Shown: positions 1 through 12,598, counted from the first letter of the whole stretch. The stretch: DNA of 61,981 nt, filler included, from 13 parts of 13 records of this genome joined end to end with filler, not necessarily neighbours in it, one strand, 5' to 3'. Notes: generated by a model from the letters alone, not told the origin. Numbers and translations are program-made.

Positions 1-807
1 CCGGCCTCACCTCTGTAAATAATCGGTCGTAGCTTCGGCTTTCCTTCTCCTCCTGCTTCCGGCGGCGCTCTTGATCGTCAGCCTTCTTCTGCTTCCTGGC
101 CTTATCCTTCCGCTCGGCAATCTCCCTCTGGTCCCGCTTCTCACGCTCGCCTGCGGGCCGTCTGGGCGCCTGACACGCCAGCCGCACCTGCAAAGTCGAG
201 TGCAATGTCCTCCGATTTGGTCTTTTCAATCCGCTTGACAATCTCACGGTCCTTGGGCACTTTCTTCACCTTGATCACCGCCTTCTGGTCGTGGAACCCG
301 ATCGTGCCCGCGTCCATATCCTGCCGCTTGTGCAGGTTTTCCCACGCCGTATATACAATGTCCACCTGTCCGAACTCTATCCCCGCGCCGACTGGCCACA
401 CCTCGCCGCACTTTGACCCTTCGATGCTGTTGTTCTTGGTCAGCCTGCCCGGCCTCCAGCTGGCCGGCTCGGCCTGCGCACACGCATAGCTCGTGCAGCA
501 TACCCTCAGGTAAGTGGTCCAGTCGCCCTGTCTCTCGAAACCCCTGCACCCGAGCTGGCCAGCACCACCGCCCGCCGTGCGCCTTCCGGAGCGGCCCCTT
601 GGGCAGCCGCAGGTACACGTGTGCCGACGAGTAATCGTCAACGTGGAACCAGATGTCCTCCGGCCAACCGTAGCTGCCCGGACTCAGCGGCGCGGGCAGG
701 GGCACCGACCGGATCAGGTCCTCATTCTCGAACTTGTCCCGGCCCATGTACACCGTGATCCCGTACTCGGCGTACGCGTCCTCGCATATCGTGTAGAAGA
801 ACACCAT
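1..807 (-). CDS. CCDC25: CCDC25 (NFACT-R/DUF814 family), 3'-partial, at least 5 tiny introns
   Basis: Spliced translation [73 protein letters not shown] matches the CCDC25 signature; introns of 36, 39 (GC-AG), 37, 36 and 37 nt restore homology. Confidence 0.93.
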
Positions 808-878
808 TGTTACACCACAGCCCGGCACCCCCGACGAGGCAACCCTGCGTGCAGCGTTCGGTCGTTGGGTGCCGCTCG

Positions 879-3020
879 ATGGGGGGGAAGCGGAAGCGGC
901 CGGCGGGCGGATCGCCGTCCCGCAAGCGCGGTCGGTCGGCTGGGGTTAGCCCGGAGCTGGCTGGACTGTCGGTGGCCTCCCCCTCGGGGCCGCCCCTCCC
1001 GGCCCTGCCACCGGCCACTGCACCGCGCCCCCGAGCGCTGCCCCCGCCCGCTGCTCGGCAGCCGGCCGACTCCGTGAGCGCGCGGCGGCCGGCCAGCCAG
1101 CTGCCAGTTGGCGCTGGGCGGTCGCTGGCGGTGCCCCACGCGGAGCCGGAGATCGCGCCGTGCACGACGCGGCCGGCCCGGTCGCTGAAGCTGTTCGTGC
1201 CGCGGCTGCGACAGTTGATGGCTCTGGAACACGCCCGCGGGGTGTACCTGGCACTCGGACTGCAGTGCGGGCTGATGCTGGCCACGGTCGACTATACGGC
1301 CAGCCAAGCCCTAGGCCCGTGGACCGCGGCGGTAGGATGGGCAGTCATGCTCGCCGCCGGCTGCCAAGACGGGCCGATCTGGTGGTGCGCTGGAGTGGGT
1401 GCCGCCGCGCTGGCGCTATCAGGACTGGTCGGGCTAGGGCTGCCCGGGGCGCTGCTGCTCTGCGCGTCGCTCCCGGGAGTCTGGGCGTTCGGACAGGCTG
1501 GGCTGAGCACAGGAGGACTTGCACTTGGGGTTGTGGCTAGCCTAGGCTACTGGCGCGGATACTGCCCCGAACGGTGGGCCCGACTGGCCGCGCTGGCACT
1601 CCCGGCGGCGGTGGCGGCAGTAGCGGGGTGGGTGGGCGACCAGCGAAGGTTGCTGCACCCAGCACTCACCGTGCAAGGCGCGCTGGTGAGGGTGCCACCC
1701 AGGGCCACGGCTGTCGGATCGGGCCCGGTGCAGCCCTGGCCGGGCCAGCAGCTGCTGATGCGGGCCTCGTGGGTGCCGCCGACCGAGCACGCCAGTCCTG
1801 AGCTGCAGCTGCATCTGTCTGGCTGCTTTGGGCTGGCCGACGCTGTTCTCTGCACGCTAAAGGCCGGCGAGGCGGTGCGGCTCTATTCGCCGGGCGCGCT
1901 GTTCGACGCCCAGCTCAGGCTGCGGGTGCTCCTCCCGGCGAGCAGCGCGTTCATGCCGGAGAGCCGGTCTGCTATCCTTGTGGTGGAGGCCGCCCATCCG
2001 ACTGTCCGACCTGGCCAGGAGTTTCGTCTAGCCCCGAGCCCGTGCCAGCTGCTGCGGGCGGTGAGTTGGGCGGTCGGGACAAGTCTGTGCCAGCTGATCC
2101 ACTGGTTGCGCGCCCCGGGGCTCCCAAGCGGAATGGTGAGTCGGAAAGATCTCCACACAATCCTGGATGAGACAGCCGAGCCAAATGGCGTGGTGCACTT
2201 GCCGCAGCTCCGACACGCTTTGGACGGCTGCCTGAGCTTCCGGGCCGAACCTCCCACGCTGGCGGAGCTCGAGGGCGAGATCGGGCTGCTGATCTGCCGG
2301 TACTGGTCGGCATGCGCTTGTGCTGATTGGTCCGAGTTTGGCGAGCAAGCTGCGCATTACCAGCCGGCGCCGGTCAGCCTGGCCGGTATGGAGCTCTTGG
2401 GCTGGCAGCGCGCGGCGGTCCAGCTGCTCACACCGGGGCTGCACCAGTCAGCGCGGTCGGGCAGCCCGGTCGGATGGGACCCGCGGGCACTCAGCCAGCC
2501 GTGGGCGAGCCTGCCGCTGCCGCTGCGGAGCCTGGCGTTCAGCCATCTGGCAGAACAGCTCAAGGCGCTCCAGCTAGTGGCTGAGCAGGCTGGTCGGCAG
2601 CTGGTCAAGCGGCGCTGCAGGCTGCCTGGGGTGCAACGGCTTGAAGAGGCTGAGCTGGACTGGGCCTCGCAGGCAGCCTCGCAGGCAGTCGGGCAGATCA
2701 AGCGGCAAGTCGAGTTGGGCCGGGGCAGGACCGGGCTACCGGCGGGGCTGTTGCACTGCCTGGCAGTGGACACGCACGACCGATGGGCACTCCGGCTGCG
2801 GGCGCTCGGGTGGGCGTATGGCACAAAGCGGAGTGCTGAGCTGCGGACCGAGCCGCTGCTGGTGCCGTTTGGAGCGCTCGGGCAAGCGACGCAGCGGGAA
2901 TATCTTGAGAGCAGCACACTGTTGGTGCAAGCCATGGCACGGGCAGGGTGCTGTGTGGCTGATTGTGGTCGAGTACCTGCGGAGAAGAGTCAGGCCATGA
3001 GTGTTTCAAACGGCGATTAG
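879..3020 (+). CDS. Membrane protein with C-terminal ryanodine-receptor (RyR, PF02026-type) repeat(s)
   Basis: Long ORF; several hydrophobic segments at ~1240-1640; C-terminal [41 protein letters not shown] matches the RyR repeat pattern (LA...H..WA......GW.YG........HP.LVP+..L); a weaker repeat begins [13 protein letters not shown]. Confidence 0.7.
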   Translation: MGGKRKRPAGGSPSRKRGRSAGVSPELAGLSVASPSGPPLPALPPATAPRPRALPPPAARQPADSVSARRPASQLPVGAGRSLAVPHAEPEIAPCTTRPARSLKLFVPRLRQLMALEHARGVYLALGLQCGLMLATVDYTASQALGPWTAAVGWAVMLAAGCQDGPIWWCAGVGAAALALSGLVGLGLPGALLLCASLPGVWAFGQAGLSTGGLALGVVASLGYWRGYCPERWARLAALALPAAVAAVAGWVGDQRRLLHPALTVQGALVRVPPRATAVGSGPVQPWPGQQLLMRASWVPPTEHASPELQLHLSGCFGLADAVLCTLKAGEAVRLYSPGALFDAQLRLRVLLPASSAFMPESRSAILVVEAAHPTVRPGQEFRLAPSPCQLLRAVSWAVGTSLCQLIHWLRAPGLPSGMVSRKDLHTILDETAEPNGVVHLPQLRHALDGCLSFRAEPPTLAELEGEIGLLICRYWSACACADWSEFGEQAAHYQPAPVSLAGMELLGWQRAAVQLLTPGLHQSARSGSPVGWDPRALSQPWASLPLPLRSLAFSHLAEQLKALQLVAEQAGRQLVKRRCRLPGVQRLEEAELDWASQAASQAVGQIKRQVELGRGRTGLPAGLLHCLAVDTHDRWALRLRALGWAYGTKRSAELRTEPLLVPFGALGQATQREYLESSTLLVQAMARAGCCVADCGRVPAEKSQAMSVSNGD

Positions 3021-3213
3021 TGAACGATTGCTTTAAATACCAGCACTTGGCGAGTTGGCAGTAGTTATTAGTTAGGTATAGTTAAGTATCGTAAACCGGT
3101 TACATTTGAACAATAGTGTATGTATCACTTGTATGTATTCAACTTTATGAGCTCTAGTTAACCAACTCCCCCCCCGGTGGCCGATCAAGTGCAATTATAA
3201 CGACCCACTAGAC

Positions 3214-4987
3214 TTAGAGGATCAACGCGCTTGAAACAGATGCATTCGCGCTCCACGGTTGAAATGGATCTACCTCTGCAGCCAGACTCTCGCCGCTGCC
3301 CGCCGTGAGCTCCATCAGCCCGTCCACCGCCCGGTCGAGCGCCTTGCACCCGTCGGCCTCACTCTCCTCTGCCAGCTCGGCGCTCTGGACGGCCGCTCGT
3401 CTCAGCCTCTCGAATTCGGCCGTGGCAGCCCGGAGCTCGACCACCTTGGCCTCCGCGGCCGCCCCCCGTCGGGCCAAACCCTGAAGCTCCGCCTGCATCG
3501 CCTCCGCCTCCGCCTCGAGCGCCCGCCGCGCCGCCTCAAGCTGAGAGCACTGCTGCCGCTCGCGTTGGGCCTTCTGTCGCAGCCCCCGGTTGGCCTCGGC
3601 CAGCTGCTGCACGGCCGCGCGCTCGTCGGCCAGCCTTCGCTTTGACTGCTGTAGTTGGTGCTTTGACTGGTGCAACTCGTCCTGCATCTTGTGGCCCCTG
3701 CCGAGCTCGGAGCCCCTGAGCGACTCCACCTGGGCCAGCTCGGCCCCGAGGTCCTTCTTCTGGTCCCGCAGCCCCCGCAGCTCTGCCTCGGCCTCTACGG
3801 TCTTCCGGTTCTGCCTGTCGACTTGCGCCTCAAGACTTCGAACCTCCTCGCCCGCACTGGCCGCCGCCTCAGCTGCCGCCTCCAGCGCCCGCTGCTCTTC
3901 GCTCAGCCGACTGAGCAGCGTCTCCTTCCGCCGGGCGGCCTCCGAGGCTCGAATCTCTGCCTCGTGCCGCTTCTCTCTGGTGACTCTCAGCTGGTCTTGG
4001 CTGCTTGCCTCGGGCCACTCCTGTGCCGCCGGGGGCGCTGCCAGCTGAACAGGCCTGCGCGGGACCGGCGCCCCGCCCGGGAGCAGGTCGGCCAGCGCCG
4101 CGCCAATGTATTGCTCGAAACGGAGCTGGAACTCGGTGTTGTCGGTCTGTAGCGCAAACAGCATCTGACTCGCTGACACACCGGCTTGCAGCTCCCACCA
4201 GCCGACTGCCTGCTCAAGCCGATCTGCTCGGGCCTGCGCCGCCGCCCACTGGACCAGCATCAGATTCGGCTCGCGCGCAGTGCCCCCACGCGAGGCCGGG
4301 AACCAGAGGGCCACCACGCCGCGCAATGGTGAGCCTCGGTCTGCAGAGCGGAGGATTGCGTTCCCGTACCGGTCTACCCGGATCTTATCCTGGTCGAACC
4401 GCTCGAGCACATCCATCCGCTGCCAGAGCCGCTCGAGCAGCTCCGGGCTCACCGACACGGACCGCTCCCGATTCGCAGCTGCGGCCGGGTGAGTGCCGCC
4501 GGTCGGTTCGGGCGCACCGGTGAGTGTGGGTATGGAGGCCACCTTGGGAAACCATTGATCGAGCCCCTCCAGCCGAGACAGACGGTCAGACAGCTGGTAC
4601 GGCACCCACTGCTCCGGCGGCGCCCGGCGGAACAGATAACTCGCCCGGTCGCCACAGGCGTCTGGCCAGCCCTCTGGGTAGCCTGCTCCACCGGCTGGCG
4701 CCCCGGCACCAGGACCGAGCCCACCGTTGGCCGCGTGCTCGCGGGCCTCGAGGAAGCTCTGGGCGTGCTGGCAGAAGTCGTCCTCCAGGTCTGTGGCCGG
4801 CTGGGCCGGCGAGTGGACCAAGTCTGCAAGGAACTCGGCCCGGCTGGTCGGGGCCGGGCGCGGGGGCGATCCCGGATGGCCCGGCTCGGGGGAGGGAGGG
4901 CCGCCGAACTGGAGCTTGAACGGGTTGGACAGGTCGCAGCTGTTGCCGCCCGAGCTGATGTCGAACAGCGCCCGGCGCTCTGGTGAC
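3214..4987 (-). CDS. Coiled-coil protein with degenerate HNH-like domain, 5'-partial
   Basis: ORF >535 aa; W...D..GN.I...P.SRGG....NL..Q pattern resembles plant-type HNH proteins; long E/Q/R/A heptad tail. Confidence 0.6.
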
Positions 4988-5087
4988 NNNNNNNNNNNNN
5001 NNNNNNNNNNNNNNNNNNNNNNNNNNNNNNNTTAATTAATTAANNNNNNNNNNNNNNNNNNNNNNNNNNNNNNNNNNNNNNNNNNNN
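4988..5087. other. Artificial contig linker (N-run + TTAATTAATTAA six-frame stop + N-run); 12 copies in the window
   Basis: Identical 100-nt blocks at 4988, 9459, 12599, 19064, 22289, 29251, 33079, 37398, 45583, 50359, 55592 and 58854; genes are cut at these points. Confidence 0.97.
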
Positions 5088-5576
5088 GGAAGGCGGCGTC
5101 TGCAGTGAGGGGGAGATCGCGGCGACGATGCCGGCGGACCGGGGATACCGGGACAGGCTGATTGCATGTGGCTGGAGCTGGTCCGGCCGGCCGGTCGAGC
5201 CGGTGGCAGGCATGACCGACTTGCGAGCCCGGCGGGAGGCACTGAACGACACAATCCGGGCGGACGAGGCTCGGAAGATTGAGATGGAGAACCGGCTGCC
5301 CCGGCTGTCGATGGACGTGTCCCGGTGGGCTGGCGGGGCCGGGGAGAGCAGGAGGGCCCGGCCAGGTCGAATGATCGGATCCAGCGGATGGAAGCTTCGC
5401 TGGTGGAGGTGGAGGCCACGATCGAGGAGATAGAGGAGTGCCACCGCAGGGTGGGCGGCCGGTTCAGCGGGAGGGCAAGCGGGCCCGGGCAGGTGTCAGA
5501 GGGAAAGACCCGGTACAAGGGCGTAATAGACAAAGAGCGAAAGTACCGCGAGGAACGGAGAGCCAAGGGCTATTAG
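5088..5576 (+). CDS. 3' end of a hypothetical coiled-coil protein
   Basis: Frames joined by GT-AG mini-introns (..DVSR/SNDRIQRMEASLVEVEATIEEIEECHRR/VSEGKTRYK..KGY*). Confidence 0.5.
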
Positions 5577-5812
5577 AGCGCAGCCCCGGGGTTGTGCGCC
5601 GCAGCTGCCGGCGATCGAATGCTAAACCCACCGGAGACGCCAGACGGCACCAGGCGCGGGCCTGGCGGCAGGGCGCTGCAACGTCGCATAATATTCGTAA
5701 TATTCGTGAACAGAGACTTGAGTGTATATGATAACTATGATTCAGCAAGTATGAAACAAAGTGACTAGATGCTAACGCTCTTTAGTCAGCCACAGTACCA
5801 GAGCGCAGCCGC

Positions 5813-6514
5813 TCAGCCCACGCCCGCCGGCTGCCAGTTCACCCAGCCTAGCACGCTGCAGGGCACACTCAAGCTCACTACCAGCTCCTTCAGCCGACCG
5901 GCCTCCCGGACCACTTGCAGCTCAAACTGGGCATAGGCCGCCTCGTACGCCCCGGGCACGTCCATACCGAGCTGCTGCACCGGCTCGGCCGGGCCGCTCC
6001 ACATGTAGAGCGGGTGCGGCCGGCAGCCCCGTGCCAGCGCCTTGACGTGCAGGTGCAGCTTAGCCGGCCAGCCGACGCTGGCTGGCTTGATGTGGTGCCG
6101 ACCGCTCAGCTCTATCGTGCGCCCGACCGGCACCGGGTCGAGCACGCCGTCCGGGTCTGTGACGGTCCTGGCTGCACCGGCGGCCTGCTCCAGACGACAA
6201 GTCCAGCGCCGCCTGCGGGGCGAAGCGTCCAGGAGCAAATCCACCCAGCAGACGACCAGCTCAGGCGAGGCGGCCAGCTGCCGGGCCGGGCCAGCCGGCG
6301 GGGTCCACCAGCTGCGCTCTCGGGCGCAGGCCAGCATCAGAAGCACCGGCCGAGAGGCGGGCTGCACGGGCCCGAGAAAGCGGCGCACCCGGCGGGCGGC
6401 TTCGGCCGTGGCCAGCCCGGACAGCCGACGACAGCTGGCGCGCACGGTGCGCAGCCCGGTTAGCGCCGGCAGCCGCACCAGCACCCTCTCGACGAGCTCG
6501 TCAGGCAGCAGCAT
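5813..6514 (-). CDS. F-box domain protein
   Basis: N-terminal LLPDELVERVLVRLP...LRTVRASCRRL is an F-box motif; intronless 233-aa ORF. Confidence 0.7.
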   Translation of the reverse strand: MLLPDELVERVLVRLPALTGLRTVRASCRRLSGLATAEAARRVRRFLGPVQPASRPVLLMLACARERSWWTPPAGPARQLAASPELVVCWVDLLLDASPRRRRWTCRLEQAAGAARTVTDPDGVLDPVPVGRTIELSGRHHIKPASVGWPAKLHLHVKALARGCRPHPLYMWSGPAEPVQQLGMDVPGAYEAAYAQFELQVVREAGRLKELVVSLSVPCSVLGWVNWQPAGVG

Positions 6515-6541
6515 CGCATTGAGAAATCCGTTATCAAATCA
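6515..6541. promoter_or_regulatory. 27-bp bidirectional promoter spacer with TCCGTTA (6527-6533)
   Basis: Lies between divergent ATGs 6514 and 6542; same motif in six other divergent spacers. Confidence 0.65.
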
Positions 6542-8753
6542 ATGCCGACCGAGTGCAGCGGTGAGGTTGTCGCGCTGCCTGTTGGTCTGAGCCTGAGCCG
6601 GACTGGGGCGGTCGAATGCCGGTTCGGGACCGTGTCTGGGAAGAAGGCCGACGAGGCCGCGCTCTGGCGGCTCTCTCGGTGGGAGCTCAAGCAATTCGTG
6701 CTGCAGCGGCTGGAACCGCTCGGGCCCGACGCGGTGATAAGCACCGCGGTGGTGCCGGGCGCCCCCAAGCAGCCGCCGAGGCAAGTGCCGCTGGGCGTGC
6801 ACTACTGAGCGGCCAGGGACAGCGTGACTGTCCAGCTCCGGGGGGCGGGGGCGGTGGCACGGGCGGTGGCGTTGACCGACAACCTGCGGCACACCTTCGA
6901 TGGCCACCGGTTTACGGTGGCCGCCAGCCGGCAACTATGCGGACTGAGCCCGTGGCAGGCACTCGTATCAGCGCATGCGAGCGGGGACGAGTCGGGATCT
7001 GCTGGGGAGCTAGCTCGCATCGGGTGGCCTGACTGCACGGGCGGCTGCGTGACTGGGGCGGCAGGTCCGAATTCCTCTCGCGAGCTCAGCTGGAGGGGCA
7101 CTTGTCCGAGGAGCGGGCCGAGGCTCTGTCGGGCGACCTGGTGCGGGCTGGGCTTGCGGGGCTGAGCGGGGCTGCAGGCGGGGGCGTTTGAGGCAATGCC
7201 TCCTGCAATCAGGCCGGACACTGTCAGAATCAGCGCGCTGCCACGGCGGTGCTTACCTCTGGCCGGCGCCTGGCTCAGCGAGCCCGCAGCTGGTTAGCGG
7301 ACGCCTGCCCGGACGGCGGCAAGGATAGTATGGCCGGTGTGCGGGCTGTTCTCGAGACATTTGGCCAGGCACCGAGCGCTGCTGCGCACTCTGATCTGTG
7401 GCCAGCTGTCGCAAATAGAAGAGATCACACACCCGGCTCCCCCGCCGCCGACCGGTCTCGACGGGCTCGAATTGGGCTGGCTCGGAGACGAAACGATCGA
7501 GGTTTGTGCACAATTTGGCTCGTTGGAAGGCGTTCGGTTGGCTCTGGCTGGGTTTGGACTTGGTTCGATGTGCAAGCAGGGCTCCAGCCTGGTAGTGCAC
7601 CCACTGGCCCGACTGGAGCCGGCCGGGTTCTTCCTGCCGACGATGGTGACGGCCAGGGCCAAGCGGAGGGCACTCGAGGTTGGCTGCAGTCGGCAGGGGC
7701 TTACTTCTTGGCAGGATAAGGCTCGGAAGGCGAAGCTGCGAGTTGAGCAGGAGCGCAAGGCTGCGATCGAGGTGGGTCGGCCGAGCTGGCTGTGTGCGAG
7801 TGGTGGTAGGAACGGAAGAGGAAGGAAGAGGAGCGGAGGCTGAGAGAGCAGGAACGAGCTCAAGAAGCGCAAAGGCTGAGAGAAGAAGAGGCCCGGCTGA
7901 AGCACGAGGAGGAGGAGCGCGCCGCCAGGGAGGCCAAGGAGAAGCGGCGGGAGGAGAAGGAGAGGCGAAGGAGGGAGAAGCGGGAGGAGGAGGAGCGTTT
8001 GAGGCTCGAGGAGCAGCAGAAGGAGGAGGAAGAGGAGAGGCAGCGGCAGGAGGAGCAACTCCGCAAGGAGGAGGAGGCGAAGAGGCTGCAGCAAGAGGAG
8101 GAGGAGCGGGTGCGGCAGGAGCAGCAGCGGAGGGAGGAGGAGGAAGCGCGATTCGAGCGGGAGCAACAGGAGCGGCAACGCAAGCAAGACGCTGCAAGTT
8201 CAGCACGTGAATCTGATCGTAAAAGAGTCAGGCCGGCATCTGGCCGCTTGTTCACTCTCTCTAAGCGTCAGCTTCAAGACCAGGGCAAACAGCCAAGCCG
8301 CAAACCGGCCAAGGCCGCACCGGTGGTCGACGAGCAAGAGGAAGAGCCTCCGTCCGAGGAGCAGCCTGGGTTGGCGTTCAGCTCGGATTCGGACGAAGAG
8401 TTTTGGCGGAAAGAGTCGCTCGAATCCGGGTGCGGCCTGCTGGCGCCTGGAGGCCAAGGCTGGCTGCAGGAGACCGAGTAACCGCAAGCGGCCAAAGCGT
8501 GAAGACGAGCCCCCTCACACTGGTGGTGCACGCTGGCTACTGCCCATGGGCCTTACGCGTTGTCGCAGATAATAAAGCGGCGGTGCCTTCACATGAGAGC
8601 GAGGCTCGGAGGCGCGCTCTCGCCACGGTCAAAGCTAAGAAACCGAGAGGCGTACCGACTGCTGACGACAAGCGTGCAATGGAAAGTATGATGCGCGAGA
8701 AGGCAATGCGCTCTCTTGCGATGGCCAAAGCAAAGGCGTCGGCCAAGGCATGA
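6542..8753 (+). CDS. AKAP17A: AKAP17A/SFRS17A (XE7)-like splicing factor, multi-exon
   Basis: SRWELKQFV, RPDTVRISALPRR, VRAVLETFG, EVCAQFGSLEG resemble AKAP17A motifs (SNWEV, RPDTIHLEGLPCKW, VFEKFG, FEAYVQY), followed by a long E/R/K charged tail; GC-AG introns at 6781-6816 and 7369-7405. Confidence 0.6.
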
Positions 8754-10620
8754 GGTGAGATGAAAACATGACATTGTACTTGTAAAAGTATGATTGCATG
8801 TCTGTACATGTACAGGACAGCACAGTACAACCGTATGCAACGCCATTGTCTCAATCGGCGTAACATTAGTTCTAATCGGCGAGAATCGTGGAGAATAAGC
8901 GAGCGAGCGCTTTATACCCAGGCGCGTAAAATCATAAACACGTATTTGATGACAAGGGATGGTACAGGAATGGTTAATTAAACATTGTTTGTACTGTATG
9001 AGTAACTTAACTCACGCGCTCAATATTGATAATTTTGTATTAATCAAGAAGGCCTTGCAAGGGGTTGCGAGACTGCCAGGGACGAACTGTCGGTGCACGT
9101 GCTCCGTCTGTGACCGAAGCGCTGAAGTGATTAAGTAGGTGGATTAGTTAGAACCAACATTAAACTAGGTGCGTCGCTGCTATACGGCCGGGCTAATAAG
9201 GCCGCGCAAACTAATTTACTTGATAGTGTGCACGTGTCTATCATAAGGCTAAGTATGTCTATAGCCAGAGGGACGGACCAAGAAGAAGCGGAAGAACTCC
9301 AAAGCGTCAATGGACAATAATACATCCACCTATTTTTTGAACCAGGTACTTGGTTTGGAAAATCGAAATGTATGCCCGATGTCGTTGTCATTGCGTGGCA
9401 TGGGGCCCTTGATGCGAACGACGCCGTTACGGCGTTGGCGTTGTTGTTGCTGGCGTTGNNNNNNNNNNNNNNNNNNNNNNNNNNNNNNNNNNNNNNNNNN
9501 NNTTAATTAATTAANNNNNNNNNNNNNNNNNNNNNNNNNNNNNNNNNNNNNNNNNNNNTGATAGGTGACCTCGTTCCTATAATTATGTGGCGGCAAGGGA
9601 GACAGCGGCATCAGCTTCCCGTTCGTGCTCCGACTCCTCGATCAGGCCAGCCTGCACGCCTCCCAGCGTGTAAACCGGAGGGTTTCGGGCCAATGACCAA
9701 GCCGCCGACCCCGCAGCCGGTTGAGCAGGACTGCCAGTCAAAGCAAGGACCGATCGTCCCGGCGGCCGAAGCGGCGCAGATCCGCCCGTCGGCGGGGGGA
9801 TGCCACCGATGCCGTTGATCCCCCAATTATTGCCGTCCTCGTAGCCACCGTGCCAGGGCGTGCCGTGACGATTGTTCATGCCTTGCAGCCAGCACAGCCT
9901 AGTTTACCGCCTTATCGCGGCTAATCGGAGGCCCCCGTTTCTCAGGCCATCTCGGCGTTTACTGAAGAGTACCGAGTCACTCCCGCGTGTTATTGGGCCC
10001 GCACACACCAGCAGCATCCCCCGCCTCCATTCGCTTTGCCGGAGACCTGGATGGCGCACAACAGCTGCAAGCGGATTGCTTCCGGGGCTTGGGGGACACC
10101 GGGAGGGGCTGAAACATACGCGAGTTGGGACGAGGAGGCTAGAATTTGAAGCAGCGCAAAACAAGCTTCATTCAGAGCAAGACAATAAGGCGGAAAATCT
10201 CAAGGAGCAACGGCTCCGGAATGTCTTCAATCGCCGAACCCTTTATATCAATCAGCTACATCACGATCCCTGCAATGCCCCAAAGCTGAACATGAAACAC
10301 ATGCATGGCCACATTGTCTCTGATAAGGTTGTCAACACAGCCGAGTAAAAGGCTTGAAAACAACGCCATGAACTAGCCATGAACAACGTTGAGTGTATTC
10401 CGAGTGCCCAAGCTAATGAGCTAAGGCATTTGGATACTGAAGCCGGATTTCGATCAAAGCAGTCTTAAAATTTAAGTTAAATGAACATACGAGTACAATA
10501 CTATCATATACGTGTACAAACGCATTCGACATGCCAGTTAATTAGCTGGTTAGGCTATGCTGTGCAATACGGTACTGCGGAGCTGTGCAACGAGAGCTTT
10601 GTAGGGCTCACGTACGTAAC

Positions 10621-11204
10621 TCATACCGTAGGGGAGCATCCATCATCTGCATCATGGTACGCATGGGTGGTATTGGAGCTGATCGCTATGTCGGCCATTA
10701 GCTGACTACCCACACCCTCGGCCAATCGATGCTTGGGCTGAATGGGCTCCTGCTCACATGTATTTGTTTGCTCGCCAGCGCCCGAGACTACGACCAAACT
10801 TCGCGCGGAGGCTCGGACTGGCCGCACCGTCTCCAGTCAATCAGTCCCACGCTGCCACCTGCACAGATCTGAGCAGCGCTGATACGGGGGGCTGCCACCG
10901 AGACTTCTTTGACGGGCGCCCGATGCCGGATCGCGGACTCGAACGAGCGAGCCTCGGCGGCCTCACGCCGGCTTGCCGCCAGCACCTCCTCCACCGACAA
11001 CTGTCCCAGGCGCTCAGCCGCGGCAAGGCTGGACCAGACCCCGGACCGCCCGGCTTCGGCCACCATAGGGGCTGCCCGGGCCCGCTTGCGATCCTGCCAG
11101 CGGAGTAGCACGGCTACTCCAGCCACTGGCAGGGCGAGGAAGCCCAGGATGACGAACAGCGATTGGTGAGCCGCGCACCACTCGAGCACAGCTGCAGCGC
11201 TCAT
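10621..11204 (-). CDS. Small single-pass membrane protein, hypothetical
   Basis: N-terminal TM helix LFVILGFLALPVAGVAVLL followed by basic residues; a GT-AG mini-intron extends the ORF to the stop at 10621. Confidence 0.5.
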
Positions 11205-11272
11205 GTCACCTCTGCGAGCACACCCGGGTCTTCCGTTAGACTCGAGCTGCCCTCGCCTCGGCCGCTGCGGGG
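11205..11272. promoter_or_regulatory. Bidirectional spacer with TCCGTTA (11232-11238)
   Basis: Between divergent ATGs 11204 and 11273. Confidence 0.6.
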
Positions 11273-12598
11273 ATGTTGGCTCGGGCGTGTGGGCCGCGCA
11301 TGGCTCGGGCGTGTGCGAACGATATGCGCCAGTGGGCCCGGGGGCTGGCGCTGCAGCGTGGGGTGCTTCCGATCAGCGACGTGGCCAAAACTGTCCCGTT
11401 CTACACGGTAGGCCCCGTCGACGGCGGGCCCGACCGGGCGGCAGGAGGCGCTCGGGATGCAGCTGATTCACCGGGCGGACCTTCCCACAGGGACTAGCTT
11501 CTTCCTGGCCAGCCTGGCCCGATCGGCCGAGCCGCCGCCCACTGCCCTGGCCGAAAGCCGCGAATACCTGCGCCAAGGTGGCGCCCAGGGAGCTGGCCCT
11601 GTCAGCCGGCGGGCAGGAGGGTTTGGACATTGCTTGGAGCTGTCGTACGCGCCCGGCCAGCGGGCTGGACTCGCCGGGGTCGGCTTTGTAGTGAACAGGG
11701 CGTTTGCAGATCACGTGCTCCCCGGATTAGCAGGCAGGCCGCCCGGGGTGCTGGGCCAACCAGCGGCAGGACCGGGTTCGGGGGACGGTACGACTGTGCG
11801 GGATCCCGAGGGGTACGCCGGCCCAGCGGTGCACGCCCGACTGACCGCGGGCTGGCAGAAACCTTGTTAAGCTGATTGTGGCGGGTGAATCGGCCCCAGC
11901 AGAGATGGCTGCTGCCTCTCTCAACCACATCACACTCAATGTGAGCGACGGCGCGGTGTGCGGCTGGAGAGATGCCTGGCTGAGCTGTGCGGGCAGCGGG
12001 CGGTCGAGTGGTACAGCCGTGTGTGCGGGATGCGGCGTGTGCACTCAACTATCTGCCCTGGGGGAGTCAGCTCGCATTGGCTCAGCAGTCCCAAGGTGGC
12101 CCAACCATACTCCAGCCACAGTCACTCGGCTGCAGGTTGGCCGCGCGCTCGTCGCTGGTTCCGATCAGGCCAAGGCGGTGCTGTGGGAGCCTGGTGGTGA
12201 GCTGGGCGCCTTTGGTCGTGGCTCAGCCGGGGATGCAGAGTGCTGGCTTGAGCTGCAAGAGACCGGCCCAGCCTCCCAGTGCCTCCTCCCACGACTCAGG
12301 TCTGACATGATGTGCGCGGCAGGTCGTCAGTTGTGCCGGCTGTTGGGTTCGTCACTAGAAGCGTCAAGCGGAGCCTGCAGGCAATGGAGGCAGCCAACGT
12401 CGAAATGGTGTGCGATGTGCAACCGGGCAATGAAGGTCCAGTCGGGACTGTTCGAGACCCTGATGGGAACACTCTAAAGCTAGTGGAGCGGCCTAAGTCG
12501 GTGGTCAAGTCGGCGAGAGGGGTGGCAATTTTTGATGGGGAGAGGGTGCCGCTAGGGCAAGCCAAGATCAAGGGACTCCTCACAGGATTCCCAGAGCG
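11273..12598 (+). CDS. Two-domain glyoxalase I/VOC-fold protein with probable mitochondrial presequence, 3'-partial
   Basis: Motifs ..ISDVAKTVPFYTEALGMQLIHRADL, CLELSY, VRDPEGN, LNHITLNVSD...WYSRVCGM, VRDPDGNTLKL; Arg-rich N-terminus. Confidence 0.75.

Noticed and set aside
151-708. Introns as introner-type transposons (some fold into hairpins)
   Set aside because: No shared sequence family, consistent terminal repeats or TSDs among introns; hairpins are expected at this GC content.
7810-8190. GAG/AAG-rich repeat as a satellite, and its Leu/Pro-rich antisense ORFs
   Set aside because: It is the E/R/K charged coding tail of the AKAP17A-like gene.
9559-10470. ORFs 9583-9879 and 9872-10348
   Set aside because: No recognisable homology or consistent exon structure; cannot support a call.
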